Below, one piece after another: positions 29,596 to 38,750 of a stretch of 64,000 nucleotides of DNA. The stretch comes from an uncultured Gammaproteobacteria bacterium (GTDB taxonomy: Bacteria; Patescibacteriota; Microgenomatia; Daviesbacterales; UBA10151): contig CAZVEX010000001.1 of the NCBI GenBank assembly GCA_964625535.1, positions 64,295-128,294 of the forward strand, given 5' to 3'. The position numbers were made by a program, and so were the translations under genes. Each line of letters starts with the position of its first letter. Position 1 is the stretch's first letter. The notes beneath the pieces were generated by a model, which saw only the letters and a program-made list of their open reading frames with translations, was not told the origin of the DNA and did no database searches.

Positions 29596-30697
29596 AAAAA
29601 TATCATTGATGGATTTACCGGGTCAATATGAATTAGTTGAGAAGGAAGTTTTACCTAAGATTAAAGAAGTTTTGAAATCCGGCCGCTACATCATGGGGCC
29701 GGAGGTAAAAAGGTTTGAAGAAAATTTCGCCAAATATTGTCATGCAAAGTATTGTATCGGTACTAGTTCAGGAACAGAATCGCTATACCTTTCTCTGCGC
29801 GCCCTTGGTATAGGAGAAAGGGATGAGGTTATTACCGTACCGAATACATTTACCGCAACAGCGGAAGTAATCGTGTTAGTTGGGGCAAAACCTGTTTTTT
29901 GCGATGTGGATCCTGAAACTTTGAATTTAGACCCTAAATCCTTCAAAAATAAAATTACAAAAAAAACAAAGGCTGTAATTCCGGTTCATCTGCATGGTAA
30001 TCCTGTTGATATGGATGAAATTCATAAAATTTGTAAGGTAAAAAAGATTGCCGTAATTGAGGATGCCGCACAAGCGCATGGCGCTAAATATAAAGGGAGA
30101 GCAATAGGCTCTCTAGCTTCAGAGACCACCTGTTTTAGTTTTCATCCCGTTAAAAATTTAGGGGCTTTTGGAGACGGCGGGGCGGTTGTTACAAACAATG
30201 GGGGACTTGAAGAAATTATCAGAAAGTTATCAAACCATGGCCGGGAAGATCACTACTTTCATAGTTTGATAGGTATGACTGGCAGGTTGGATGCGCTACA
30301 AGGGGCAATTTTGGATATTAAGTTGAAGTATTTGAGTAAATGGATTAAACAGAAGACAAAACTTGTTGAATATTACCGGAAAAAATTGCCAAGTGTTTGT
30401 AAATTTATAGAGACAATAAAAGGAGGGGAAAGTAGCCATCACATTTTTGCAATAATTATTTCAAAAAGAGACGAACTGGCAAAATATCTAAAGGATTTTG
30501 GGATTGAAACAGGCATACATTATCCTACCCCCCTTCATTTGCAACCGGCTTACAAATTTTTAGAGTATAAAACCGGGGATTTTCCTGTGGCGGAAAAATA
30601 TGCCAATGAAACTCTCTCGCTTCCACTGTACCCGCATATGAGAAAAGAAGAAATAGATTTCGTCATTGAAAAAATTCATCAATTTTATGACCAGTAA
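29588..30697 (+). CDS. DegT/DnrJ/EryC1/StrS aminotransferase (WbpE/WlbC-like)
   Basis: IEDAAQAHG, SFHPVKNLGAFGDGG (catalytic Lys present) and IHYP motifs. Confidence 0.9.
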   Translation: MIKKISLMDLPGQYELVEKEVLPKIKEVLKSGRYIMGPEVKRFEENFAKYCHAKYCIGTSSGTESLYLSLRALGIGERDEVITVPNTFTATAEVIVLVGAKPVFCDVDPETLNLDPKSFKNKITKKTKAVIPVHLHGNPVDMDEIHKICKVKKIAVIEDAAQAHGAKYKGRAIGSLASETTCFSFHPVKNLGAFGDGGAVVTNNGGLEEIIRKLSNHGREDHYFHSLIGMTGRLDALQGAILDIKLKYLSKWIKQKTKLVEYYRKKLPSVCKFIETIKGGESSHHIFAIIISKRDELAKYLKDFGIETGIHYPTPLHLQPAYKFLEYKTGDFPVAEKYANETLSLPLYPHMRKEEIDFVIEKIHQFYDQ

Positions 30698-31637
30698 AAA
30701 AATATTAATTACCGGCGGTGGGGGTTTTATCGGCAGTTTCCTGACGGAAGCATTCTATAAAGACAACAAAATAACTTTATTTGACAACGGCAGAAGAAAT
30801 TCTTTTCAATTCTTACCTGAATCAATTAAGGAGAAGGTTTCTTTTATCAAAGGGGACATCAGGGAGGTGGAGGCGGTTAAGAAAGCTGTTAAGAATAAAG
30901 ATATTATTATTCATTTGGCCGCAATTGCAGGGGCTTCTTTTTACGAAACAGACCCGCTTTTGACTCTAGAGGTAAATCTTTTTGGAACTGCCAATTTGCT
31001 GAAAGTTTTATCAAATATATCGGTTGAACGGATTATTACTTTTTCCACTTCTGAAGTCTATGGACCTTCTGCAGTTAATGTATCAGAGTATGACCCAACA
31101 TGCATAGGCCCTGTATCCGAAGGCAGATGGTCATATGCGATCTCGAAAGTAGCTTCCGATCATTTGGCCAGAGCATATTTTAAAAAATACGGCTTGCCGG
31201 TTAATATGGTAAGACCGTTTAATATTTACGGGCCAAGGCAAGTTGGCGAAGGAGCTATCAGCAATATGTTAACCTCGGCCATAAAGACCGGAAAGGTTTA
31301 TGTTACGGGTGACGGATCGCAAAAAAGAGCCTGGTGCTACATATCGGATATGGTCAGGGCAATAGAGCTGATGCTTAAAAAAAATACTTTTGGAGAGTGT
31401 TTCAATATTGGTAATCCTCGCGCGTACGCAACCATGCTGGAGCTGGCCAAAAAAATTCAGAAGCTTGTTAAAGGGGCAGAAATAATTTTTACCAAGGGTA
31501 GAAAAGTTGAAGTTTTGGACAGAAAGCCAAATATTGCAAAGGCTAATGAGTCTTTGGGGTTTACACCGGAAAAGGGATTGGATGAGGGTTTGAAATTAAC
31601 TTTTGACTGGTGGGAGAAAAATATATCTAAATTCTAA
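30687..31637 (+). CDS. NAD-dependent epimerase/dehydratase
   Basis: TGGGGFIG, STSEVYG, RWSYAISK and RPFNIYGP motifs. Confidence 0.88.
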   Translation: MTSKKILITGGGGFIGSFLTEAFYKDNKITLFDNGRRNSFQFLPESIKEKVSFIKGDIREVEAVKKAVKNKDIIIHLAAIAGASFYETDPLLTLEVNLFGTANLLKVLSNISVERIITFSTSEVYGPSAVNVSEYDPTCIGPVSEGRWSYAISKVASDHLARAYFKKYGLPVNMVRPFNIYGPRQVGEGAISNMLTSAIKTGKVYVTGDGSQKRAWCYISDMVRAIELMLKKNTFGECFNIGNPRAYATMLELAKKIQKLVKGAEIIFTKGRKVEVLDRKPNIAKANESLGFTPEKGLDEGLKLTFDWWEKNISKF

Positions 31638-33132
31638 AAACTTGGGTATCTTCTGTTTCAAATAACAGATCCTTCTTTGTCATATTTAATTCTTCCATTG
31701 ATGCATAGTCTTTCTTAAGAATCAGGGTACTTAAGTTATATTTTTTGGCAATATCTTTAACCGAAGCTTTTAGGATCGGGAAAACATCTTCTATTTTTTG
31801 CAATGTTCCTGCTTGAATATCTACTAGCACTTTTGCTTTAGTATTGTATAAAATCATAGTAGTGATCTGATGAGGAATACAAAGGATTCTAGGGACAGGT
31901 TTTAACCTATTTATGAAAGAAAAGATTTTTTTCATATCTTTGGTAACGGAGCGATTTTTATCTTCAATGATGCCTTTCCACTGAATAAAAACTGTTAAAG
32001 ACAGATTTACAAAAAGAATAGATAAGAAAGCAACTATGGCCGCATTTTTATAACTTGTATCTAACAATGCAAAAAAGGTAACGGCCGAAATAACAGCAGT
32101 TGGGGCCAGTACCATTTCCAAATATCTTTGTCCTTCCCCAATAGGTATCAGGTATTTGACTGACAAAACCAAAATGGACAAAATATAAAAGAACACCACC
32201 AGTATGCTCATTTTATATAAAAGAGGGTTGTCGACAGGCGTAAGTTGCCAGCCAAAGGAAGCGGCTACAAAAAAAAGTAAAGGAAAAACTATCCACATAT
32301 TGGTCCCGATTAAAGTTACAGGTGTAAAAGTGCCTAGAAGGTAATAAATTTTGCCGACGAAATCTGTTTTTCCTCGCTGTTTTATAATTCCTCTTACCTG
32401 GTGGGCAAACCGGTACTGAAAATTTCTCATCCAAAATCGGATGTTATCAATATGTCCCTGGAGGATTCTTAGGTAATAACCCCTGCTTATGAGGATTGCT
32501 GTCAATAAAGATGCGAAGAAAATTAGTAAATATGGAAAAGTTCTATTCTCTATAATCGAGAAAAATATACAAGCAAAAAGGAGAGATTGGGTAGCAAACT
32601 TATGGGTAAAAAAACTCAAAGTAACAAAGATAAAGGATATCAAAAGATAGGATATATTGGGAGAGATGGAATAAAGTAACATTGGATAAAAGGCCAGTGT
32701 AAAATTTAAATAACCTAAAGATCTAGGAGTCAGGTAGCTATTTTCCAAAATTGCCAAAGGAATGGTTGCATAGATAAGTTGGGCAAGAAGGGCTATTTCC
32801 ACTTTGCCTGTGATTTGCAAAGTTATAATAAAAACCAATATATTTTGCAAAATATCGAAAATTGGGGCAATAAACCCCTGGATGCTAAAAAGCATTTTTT
32901 TGGATATAAAAGAGAGTAACCAAGGTAAAGCAGGTGGATAATTAAAGAATCCTTCCAGGATAAAACCGTCTTGGATTTTCTGCATTGGGATTTTATGCCG
33001 GTTTTTTCTGATATAATCTGTTTCAAGCATTCTTGACCAGACATCTACCCCAAAATATCTGTTGAAAAAGCGGGGATATGATTGGAAAATAAAACTTAAT
33101 ATTGGTATGATGATGCCGACAAGGTAATGCAT
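31627..33132 (-). CDS. Polytopic membrane protein, possible GT-C glycosyltransferase
   Basis: GVDVW and NYPP after TM1, many TM segments, GEGQRYLE and a short soluble tail. Confidence 0.5.
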   Translation of the reverse strand: MHYLVGIIIPILSFIFQSYPRFFNRYFGVDVWSRMLETDYIRKNRHKIPMQKIQDGFILEGFFNYPPALPWLLSFISKKMLFSIQGFIAPIFDILQNILVFIITLQITGKVEIALLAQLIYATIPLAILENSYLTPRSLGYLNFTLAFYPMLLYSISPNISYLLISFIFVTLSFFTHKFATQSLLFACIFFSIIENRTFPYLLIFFASLLTAILISRGYYLRILQGHIDNIRFWMRNFQYRFAHQVRGIIKQRGKTDFVGKIYYLLGTFTPVTLIGTNMWIVFPLLFFVAASFGWQLTPVDNPLLYKMSILVVFFYILSILVLSVKYLIPIGEGQRYLEMVLAPTAVISAVTFFALLDTSYKNAAIVAFLSILFVNLSLTVFIQWKGIIEDKNRSVTKDMKKIFSFINRLKPVPRILCIPHQITTMILYNTKAKVLVDIQAGTLQKIEDVFPILKASVKDIAKKYNLSTLILKKDYASMEELNMTKKDLLFETEDTQVFRI

Positions 33133-33152
33133 AAAACTTTGCCTATTATATT

Positions 33153-33815
33153 ATGAATAAAACAAAAAAGATAATCATACTTGGTACAGGCGGAACCTCA
33201 ATAGATATTTTAGATGTCGTTTACGACATTAATAAGTTTTACGGCAGTAAAATCTATCAGGTTCTGGGTTTTCTTGATGATGATAAGTCGAAGTTGAGTA
33301 GAGAGATAGATGGTATTAAAATACTGGGATCTCTTGCTTCTGCAAAAGACTATACGCAGGCTTTTTTTGTAAACGGCATTGGCAATCCAACAACTTTCTT
33401 TTTGAAAGAGAAAATAATTGCAAAGACAAATGTTTCTTTGGACCGATTTATTACACTGATACATCCGTCAGCAAATATTTCAAAATCTGCAGAAATTGGA
33501 TTAGGATCGGTTATATTTCAGAATGTTGTAGTTGGCTCTAATGCTAAAATAGGAAAGCATGTTGTAATTCTACCAAATACCGTAATAAGTCATGACGATA
33601 GAGTGGGAGATTATACTTGCATAGCGGGCTGTGTTTATATATCGGGTGCAGTGTCAATTGGTCAGACTTGCTATATTGGGGCGAATGCTTCTGTCAAAGA
33701 ATCTCTATCTATTGGCGAGGGTTCTCTTGTAGGGATGGGCAGCGTGGTAATAGTTAATGTTTCCAGTAGAAGTGTTTATGCCGGTAATCCCGCAAAATTC
33801 ATAAGAGGTTTGTAA
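33153..33815 (+). CDS. Sugar acetyltransferase, NeuD/PglD family
   Basis: IILGTGG, GFLDDD, LIHPSA, SHD, hexapeptide repeats and AGNPAK. Confidence 0.88.
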   Translation: MNKTKKIIILGTGGTSIDILDVVYDINKFYGSKIYQVLGFLDDDKSKLSREIDGIKILGSLASAKDYTQAFFVNGIGNPTTFFLKEKIIAKTNVSLDRFITLIHPSANISKSAEIGLGSVIFQNVVVGSNAKIGKHVVILPNTVISHDDRVGDYTCIAGCVYISGAVSIGQTCYIGANASVKESLSIGEGSLVGMGSVVIVNVSSRSVYAGNPAKFIRGL

Positions 33816-34369
33816 TGATCAAAAGTAATATCAGGAAAATTTTAAAAGAAATAAATTTGGTCTTATCAAAAATTGAGGAAGAAGAAGTTGATAAATTAGT
33901 TGATGAAATTGTAAAAGCGCAAAAAATTATTACTATTGGAGCCGGTCGGGTAGGACTTTCCGCAAGGGGGTTTGCAATGAGGTTGGGACATTTAGGTCTG
34001 TTGTCTTTTACTACCGCAGATACTACTATTCCGGCAATAGGGGAAAAGGATCTACTTATTGTTTGTTCCGGTTCGGGTGAAACCCAGGCTGTTTATGACT
34101 TGGCATTAATCGGTAAAAACCACAAGGTAAAAATTTGCGCAATCACGGCAAATCCCAAATCAAGGATTGGACAATTGGCTGATTTAATTGTTAGGATAAA
34201 ATCGCCGACAAAGTTGAAATCTTTAAATGGTTTTAAATCCATACAACCGATGACTACTTTAAATGAGCAATGCTTGATGATTTTTTTTGATTCATTAGTT
34301 TTGAAACTGATGAAAAAGTTGGGTGAGAACGATGAAAGTATGTGGAAGCGCCATTCCAATCTAGAATGA
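33815..34369 (+). CDS. SIS-domain sugar-phosphate isomerase, 6-phospho-3-hexuloisomerase (HxlB/PHI)-like
   Basis: GAGRVGL..FAMRLGHLG, SGSGET, QPMTTLNEQ and C-terminal RHSNLE motifs. Confidence 0.85.
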   Translation: MIKSNIRKILKEINLVLSKIEEEEVDKLVDEIVKAQKIITIGAGRVGLSARGFAMRLGHLGLLSFTTADTTIPAIGEKDLLIVCSGSGETQAVYDLALIGKNHKVKICAITANPKSRIGQLADLIVRIKSPTKLKSLNGFKSIQPMTTLNEQCLMIFFDSLVLKLMKKLGENDESMWKRHSNLE

Positions 34370-35037
34370 AATTTAAGTTATCGGCATCTTTAATTTGCGC
34401 AAAATTAATCGCTTTGAAGCAAGAGTTAAAGCTTCTGGAAAAAGGCGGAATTGACCGCATTCATTTTGATGTGATGGACGGGATATTTGTGCCAAGATAC
34501 GGTTTGCCTCCTGAAATATTAAAAGAAGTACACCAAGTTACCAATATCCCAGTTACTGTACATCTGATGGTTTCGGATCCTGAACCATATATTGAAGTTT
34601 TTGCTAAAGCCGGGGCAGATGCATTTGTTTTTCATATTGAACCGGTATTTCATGCAAACAGGGTTTTAAAAAAGGTTAAAGATGCCGGCATGAAAGCAGG
34701 AGTAGCTCTGAATCCGGCCACCTCTCTTGGAGTTTTAGATTATGTTTTGGAGGATTTGGATCTGGTAATGCTGATGGCTATAAACCCCGGTATTTTAGGC
34801 CATAAATTAATTCCCGGAATGCTTGCAAAAATTGCAGATTTAAAAAATAAATTAAAAAATTATCCCGATATCAAAATAGAAATTGACGGTGGGGTAACCT
34901 TTGAAAGCGCCCCCAGGATGATAAAAAACGGCGCAGATATCCTAGTCTGCGGCAATTCAACAATTTTTAAACCGGATGCGTTGGTAGATCAAAAGATTAA
35001 AGAATTAAGAAAAGCAATTGCTGATTCTTTAAATTAG
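34366..35037 (+). CDS. Ketose-phosphate 3-epimerase (Rpe/AlsE family)
   Basis: HFDVMDG.FVP, HLMV, GVALNPAT and IEIDGG motifs; N-terminal SLIC resembles AlsE; ATGA-coupled. Confidence 0.85.
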   Translation: MKFKLSASLICAKLIALKQELKLLEKGGIDRIHFDVMDGIFVPRYGLPPEILKEVHQVTNIPVTVHLMVSDPEPYIEVFAKAGADAFVFHIEPVFHANRVLKKVKDAGMKAGVALNPATSLGVLDYVLEDLDLVMLMAINPGILGHKLIPGMLAKIADLKNKLKNYPDIKIEIDGGVTFESAPRMIKNGADILVCGNSTIFKPDALVDQKIKELRKAIADSLN

Positions 35038-35038
35038 C

Positions 35039-35578
35039 TTAAACTCTTTGGTACATATCAGCTATTCTACGAATATCAGCCTCATCAGATGGGTGGGTAG
35101 GATCTGTATGAATCCAAAGTTCTGCAAAAATAGCCCGTTGCTCCAAGCCAACCGGTCGATGGCGTGTTCCAACTGGTATATGAAAACACTCTCCACTTTG
35201 ATAAGTTTGGAGCTCTTGGGGTTGTACGTCAGTTATGCTTAAATAAAGACCTACCGGACCATCTATAACCCTATTAAACTCACCCCTTCTTTCGTGAACC
35301 TGCCATGATGTCATTTGTCCAGCTTCTACTACTGTAATTTTTGGGCTAACCGTTAAAACTGTAGGTATGGGTTCAGGGAGCGGTATGCCTCCAAAATAAG
35401 TTTCTATATATAAAACCCTACACCTATCTGCTATTCTATGAAATCCTCCCCAAGGTCTCCCAAAATCTGTTTCAATTATTTCCATGCCCTGTTCATGCAA
35501 AATTTCTTCCAGTCTTCGAGAAACTTCAATTTTCGCTAAACCTGGAGGAAAATCAAAAGGTTTTAATATTTCGCTCAT
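35039..35578 (-). CDS. Cupin sugar-phosphate isomerase (mannose-6-phosphate isomerase type II C-terminal-like)
   Basis: RPWGGF, SPKI, SWQVHERRGE, GTRHR and PSDEADIRR motifs. Confidence 0.7.
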   Translation of the reverse strand: MSEILKPFDFPPGLAKIEVSRRLEEILHEQGMEIIETDFGRPWGGFHRIADRCRVLYIETYFGGIPLPEPIPTVLTVSPKITVVEAGQMTSWQVHERRGEFNRVIDGPVGLYLSITDVQPQELQTYQSGECFHIPVGTRHRPVGLEQRAIFAELWIHTDPTHPSDEADIRRIADMYQRV

Positions 35579-35588
35579 TTTGTTCCTA

Positions 35589-35649
35589 ATTATACCACTT
35601 CTTGTTCAAAAATCAACTATGGGATAAAATCAGAAAATTATGGTATAAT
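35589..35649. promoter_or_regulatory. Divergent extended -10 promoters (TGGTATAAT on both strands)
   Basis: ATTATACCA at 35589-35597 and TGGTATAAT at 35641-35649; each lies 10 nt from its start codon. Confidence 0.7.
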
Positions 35650-35659
35650 CTTTCCTGCG

Positions 35660-36634
35660 ATGACAGAAATACCCATAATTACGATTGGCGAAATGGTTAT
35701 CGACATGATTCATGAAGGGGGAGACCCCCAAGTTTTAGGGGATAGATTTTTAGCTGTACCAGGCGGTGCTCCGGCAAATGTTGCAATTGGCGTTTCAAGA
35801 CTTGGAGTAACTGCAGGTTTTATAGGAATCGTTGGGAAAGATTATTTTGGAGATCAACTGGTACGTGTTTTAAGAGAAAACAGTGTTGACACAGGTAGTG
35901 TTTTTCAGGCTGATGATGGGAGAACTACTGAGGTTAAAATTTTCCCGGGGGATGATGGAAAGAAACAAATTGAGTATAGCGGGGCGCCTGCGCATAAGTT
36001 ATTAAGTCCGGAGCATATTATTCCGGATTACTTTAAAGGTGTTAAATTCTTACATTTTTGTTCGGTTAGCCTAGCGAAAGAACTTACATATCAGGCAACA
36101 ATGAAAGCAGTAAGAATAGCTCAAGAAAGGGGTGCGATAATTTCTTTTGATCCTAATCATCGTCCGCCTGCTTGGTCGGATCAAGAACTGGCTAGGCAAA
36201 GGATTTGGGAGGGGATTAGAAAAGCAGATATTATCAAAATAAGCGATGAAGAATTACCTTTCATTGCGGAAGATGATGATACTGAAAAAGGGGTTAATAA
36301 AATATTAGCCCATTCCGACGCCGAAATTGTAATTGCAACAATGGCAGAAAAAGGAGCTTACTATAAAACCAGGAGAGGATTCGAAGCATACATTCAGGGA
36401 TTTCAAGTAGAAGTGGTGGAAGTTACTGGTGCGGGGGATGCGTTTTCTGCCTCGGTATTAGCAGATATTCATAAAAGAGGAGTAACTGGGAATCTTCATA
36501 GTCTATCGGAAAATGATTGGAGAGGTGTTATTACCAGAGCTAATGGTGCGGGAGCGTTGGCTGTTACAAAAAGGGGAGCGATACCTGCTTTACCAACAGA
36601 AAAAGAGTTGAATGATTTTCTCAATAACAGGTGA
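35660..36634 (+). CDS. PfkB-family carbohydrate kinase (fructokinase-like)
   Basis: PGGAPANVA, VGKDYFG, SFDPNHR, KISDEE and VTGAGDAF motifs. Confidence 0.9.
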   Translation: MTEIPIITIGEMVIDMIHEGGDPQVLGDRFLAVPGGAPANVAIGVSRLGVTAGFIGIVGKDYFGDQLVRVLRENSVDTGSVFQADDGRTTEVKIFPGDDGKKQIEYSGAPAHKLLSPEHIIPDYFKGVKFLHFCSVSLAKELTYQATMKAVRIAQERGAIISFDPNHRPPAWSDQELARQRIWEGIRKADIIKISDEELPFIAEDDDTEKGVNKILAHSDAEIVIATMAEKGAYYKTRRGFEAYIQGFQVEVVEVTGAGDAFSASVLADIHKRGVTGNLHSLSENDWRGVITRANGAGALAVTKRGAIPALPTEKELNDFLNNR

Positions 36635-36648
36635 TAGAATAGGTTTAA

Positions 36649-38238
36649 ATGAATAAATACAAAGTTTTAATTACAACATCCGGTTTGGGGCAGAGATTGG
36701 GGGAGTTGACTCAATATACAAATAAGTCACTAATCAGAGTCGGTAAAAAACCTATCTTGTCTTACATCATTGAGGCCTATCCTAAAGATACCGAATTTGT
36801 TATCACTGTCGGATATTTCGCAGACCAGATTAAAGATTTTATTAAAATCGCCTATCCCAATTTAAAGGTTACTTTTGTTCCGGTTGATAAATATCAGGGG
36901 CCTGGGACCAGTTTGGGTTATTCCATGCTTCAGGCCAAAAAATATCTGCAGTGTCCCTTTATATTCCATTGTAACGATACCATAGTTTCGGAAACTATCC
37001 CTATTCCTGATAAAAATTGGAATGGAGGGTTTAAAGGAGATTCATCTGCCAACTATTCCACATTTTCCCTGTCAAAAGACAAGGTGGGGTTAATAAACGA
37101 CAAAGGCGCGCTTGATTTTGACTTTATTCATATCGGACTTGTGGGTATTAAAGACTATGAATCGTTTTGGTACAACCTTGAATCATTAATTTTGGGTTCT
37201 TTATATAAGGATCTCCAAGATACTTCTTTAAATGATTGCAAGGTGATAAATTTAATGATCGGACAGGGTAAGGATTTTGTTGTTGAGGAGTTTACCAGCT
37301 GGTTAGATACGGGTAATGCTGATGGATTAAACAAAGCAAGAGAAAAGCTGTCAGACGGTTTTTATAATCTGGATAAATCGGGAGAATCTATTTTCATTTT
37401 TCCTAAATTTGTTATCAAATTTTATTTTGATAAAGAGTTAGTTGAAAAAAAGATTAAAAGGGCAAAAGTCCTAAAAGGTTTAGTTCCGGATATTGAGAAA
37501 TCAGTTGGTAATTTCTTTAGATATAAGTATATAGAAGGAGATCTTTATTCAGGAAGCGTCACAGTTTCGGATTTTGAAAAATTCCTCAACTGGTGTAAGA
37601 AAAATTTGTGGATTAAGAAAAATATTTTACCGGATAAAAAATTCAGGGAGCTTTGCGGCAATTTTTATATAGACAAAACAAAACAAAGGGTTCAGAAATT
37701 CTTAGAAATTACTAAAGTCGAAGATAAAGAGGAGATTATTAACGGAGATAAAGTGCCTTCTGTTACCGGGATGCTCAAAGAAATTGATTTTGCCTGGCTT
37801 TCCGCAGGAATTCAAAGCCTTATGCATGGAGATTTAGTTTTGGAAAATATTATCAAGACAAAGAGCGGTTATCAACTGCTTGACTGGAGGCAGGATTTTG
37901 GAGGAAATCTGGAAATCGGCGATATGTATTATGATTTAGCAAATTTAAATAAGAACTTTACGCTCAATCATGAATTAGTTGATAAGGGACACTTTATTGT
38001 TGAAAACAAAAGTAAGGATGTAAAGTGTGATATCCTGGAAAGCCATAATCTGGTTGAATGTCAGCAGATTTTGTGGCGTTTTATTCAAAAAGAAGGACTT
38101 GATCTTAAAAAAGTAAAAGTTTTAACAGCTCTCAAATGGCTTTCTATGTCCCCTTTGCACCCAACCCCTGTAAATTTTAATTTATTCCTTTATTATTTTG
38201 GAAAACTAAATTTATTTAGAGCGCTCAAACAAGAATGA
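36649..38238 (+). CDS. Bifunctional sugar-phosphate nucleotidyltransferase / APH-choline kinase-like phosphotransferase
   Basis: N-terminal TTSGLGQRL..TNKSL, CND and WLDTG; C-terminal MHGDLVLENII, LLDWR and GDMYYDLA. Confidence 0.8.
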   Translation: MNKYKVLITTSGLGQRLGELTQYTNKSLIRVGKKPILSYIIEAYPKDTEFVITVGYFADQIKDFIKIAYPNLKVTFVPVDKYQGPGTSLGYSMLQAKKYLQCPFIFHCNDTIVSETIPIPDKNWNGGFKGDSSANYSTFSLSKDKVGLINDKGALDFDFIHIGLVGIKDYESFWYNLESLILGSLYKDLQDTSLNDCKVINLMIGQGKDFVVEEFTSWLDTGNADGLNKAREKLSDGFYNLDKSGESIFIFPKFVIKFYFDKELVEKKIKRAKVLKGLVPDIEKSVGNFFRYKYIEGDLYSGSVTVSDFEKFLNWCKKNLWIKKNILPDKKFRELCGNFYIDKTKQRVQKFLEITKVEDKEEIINGDKVPSVTGMLKEIDFAWLSAGIQSLMHGDLVLENIIKTKSGYQLLDWRQDFGGNLEIGDMYYDLANLNKNFTLNHELVDKGHFIVENKSKDVKCDILESHNLVECQQILWRFIQKEGLDLKKVKVLTALKWLSMSPLHPTPVNFNLFLYYFGKLNLFRALKQE

Positions 38239-38750
38239 AAAATTTTATCATTGATGTTGACGGATGTTTAACAACCGGACAATTTTTTTATTCCGCAAAA
38301 GGGAAAATTTATAAGGTTTTCGGGCCGGATGACGCGGATGCTTTATCAATTTTAAAAAGTAAAATTTATATTCACATGATTTCCGGCGATAAAAGAGGAT
38401 ACCCTATTACCAAGAAAAGAATTGAAGATATGAAATTTCCCTTAAATTTAGTAAGCACCTTCGAGAGACTAAAATGGATAGAAGGGAGATTTGATTTAAA
38501 AGAGACAATTTATATGGGTGACGGTATTTACGATGCACTGGTGTTTGAGAAGGTTGGTTACAGCATTGCCCCGGCCAACGCTTTTTTTATTGCCAAACAA
38601 AAGGCTGATTTTGTAACACAAGCTAAAGGTGGGGAAGGAGCTGTAGCCGAGGCCTGCTTGCATATCATGGAAAAATTCTTTGAACCGTTTGATTTATCGA
38701 AGATAGATTTATCTTCTGGTTCAGGAGCTTGGGATAATCTTAAAGTCTAG
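38235..38750 (+). CDS. HAD phosphatase, KdsC/YrbI-like
   Basis: IIDVDGCLT, ISG, YMGDGIYD and GGEGAVAE motifs; ATGA-coupled. Confidence 0.85.
   Translation: MKNFIIDVDGCLTTGQFFYSAKGKIYKVFGPDDADALSILKSKIYIHMISGDKRGYPITKKRIEDMKFPLNLVSTFERLKWIEGRFDLKETIYMGDGIYDALVFEKVGYSIAPANAFFIAKQKADFVTQAKGGEGAVAEACLHIMEKFFEPFDLSKIDLSSGSGAWDNLKV

Noticed and set aside
33815-35037. RuMP formaldehyde-fixation pathway
   Set aside because: A PHI-like gene is present, but there is no hexulose-6-phosphate synthase in the window and the context is glycan biosynthesis.
33153-38750. Sialic acid or Kdo biosynthesis, suggested by NeuD-like and KdsC-like genes
   Set aside because: No NeuA/NeuB/NeuC or KdsA/KdsB homologs are recognisable in the window.
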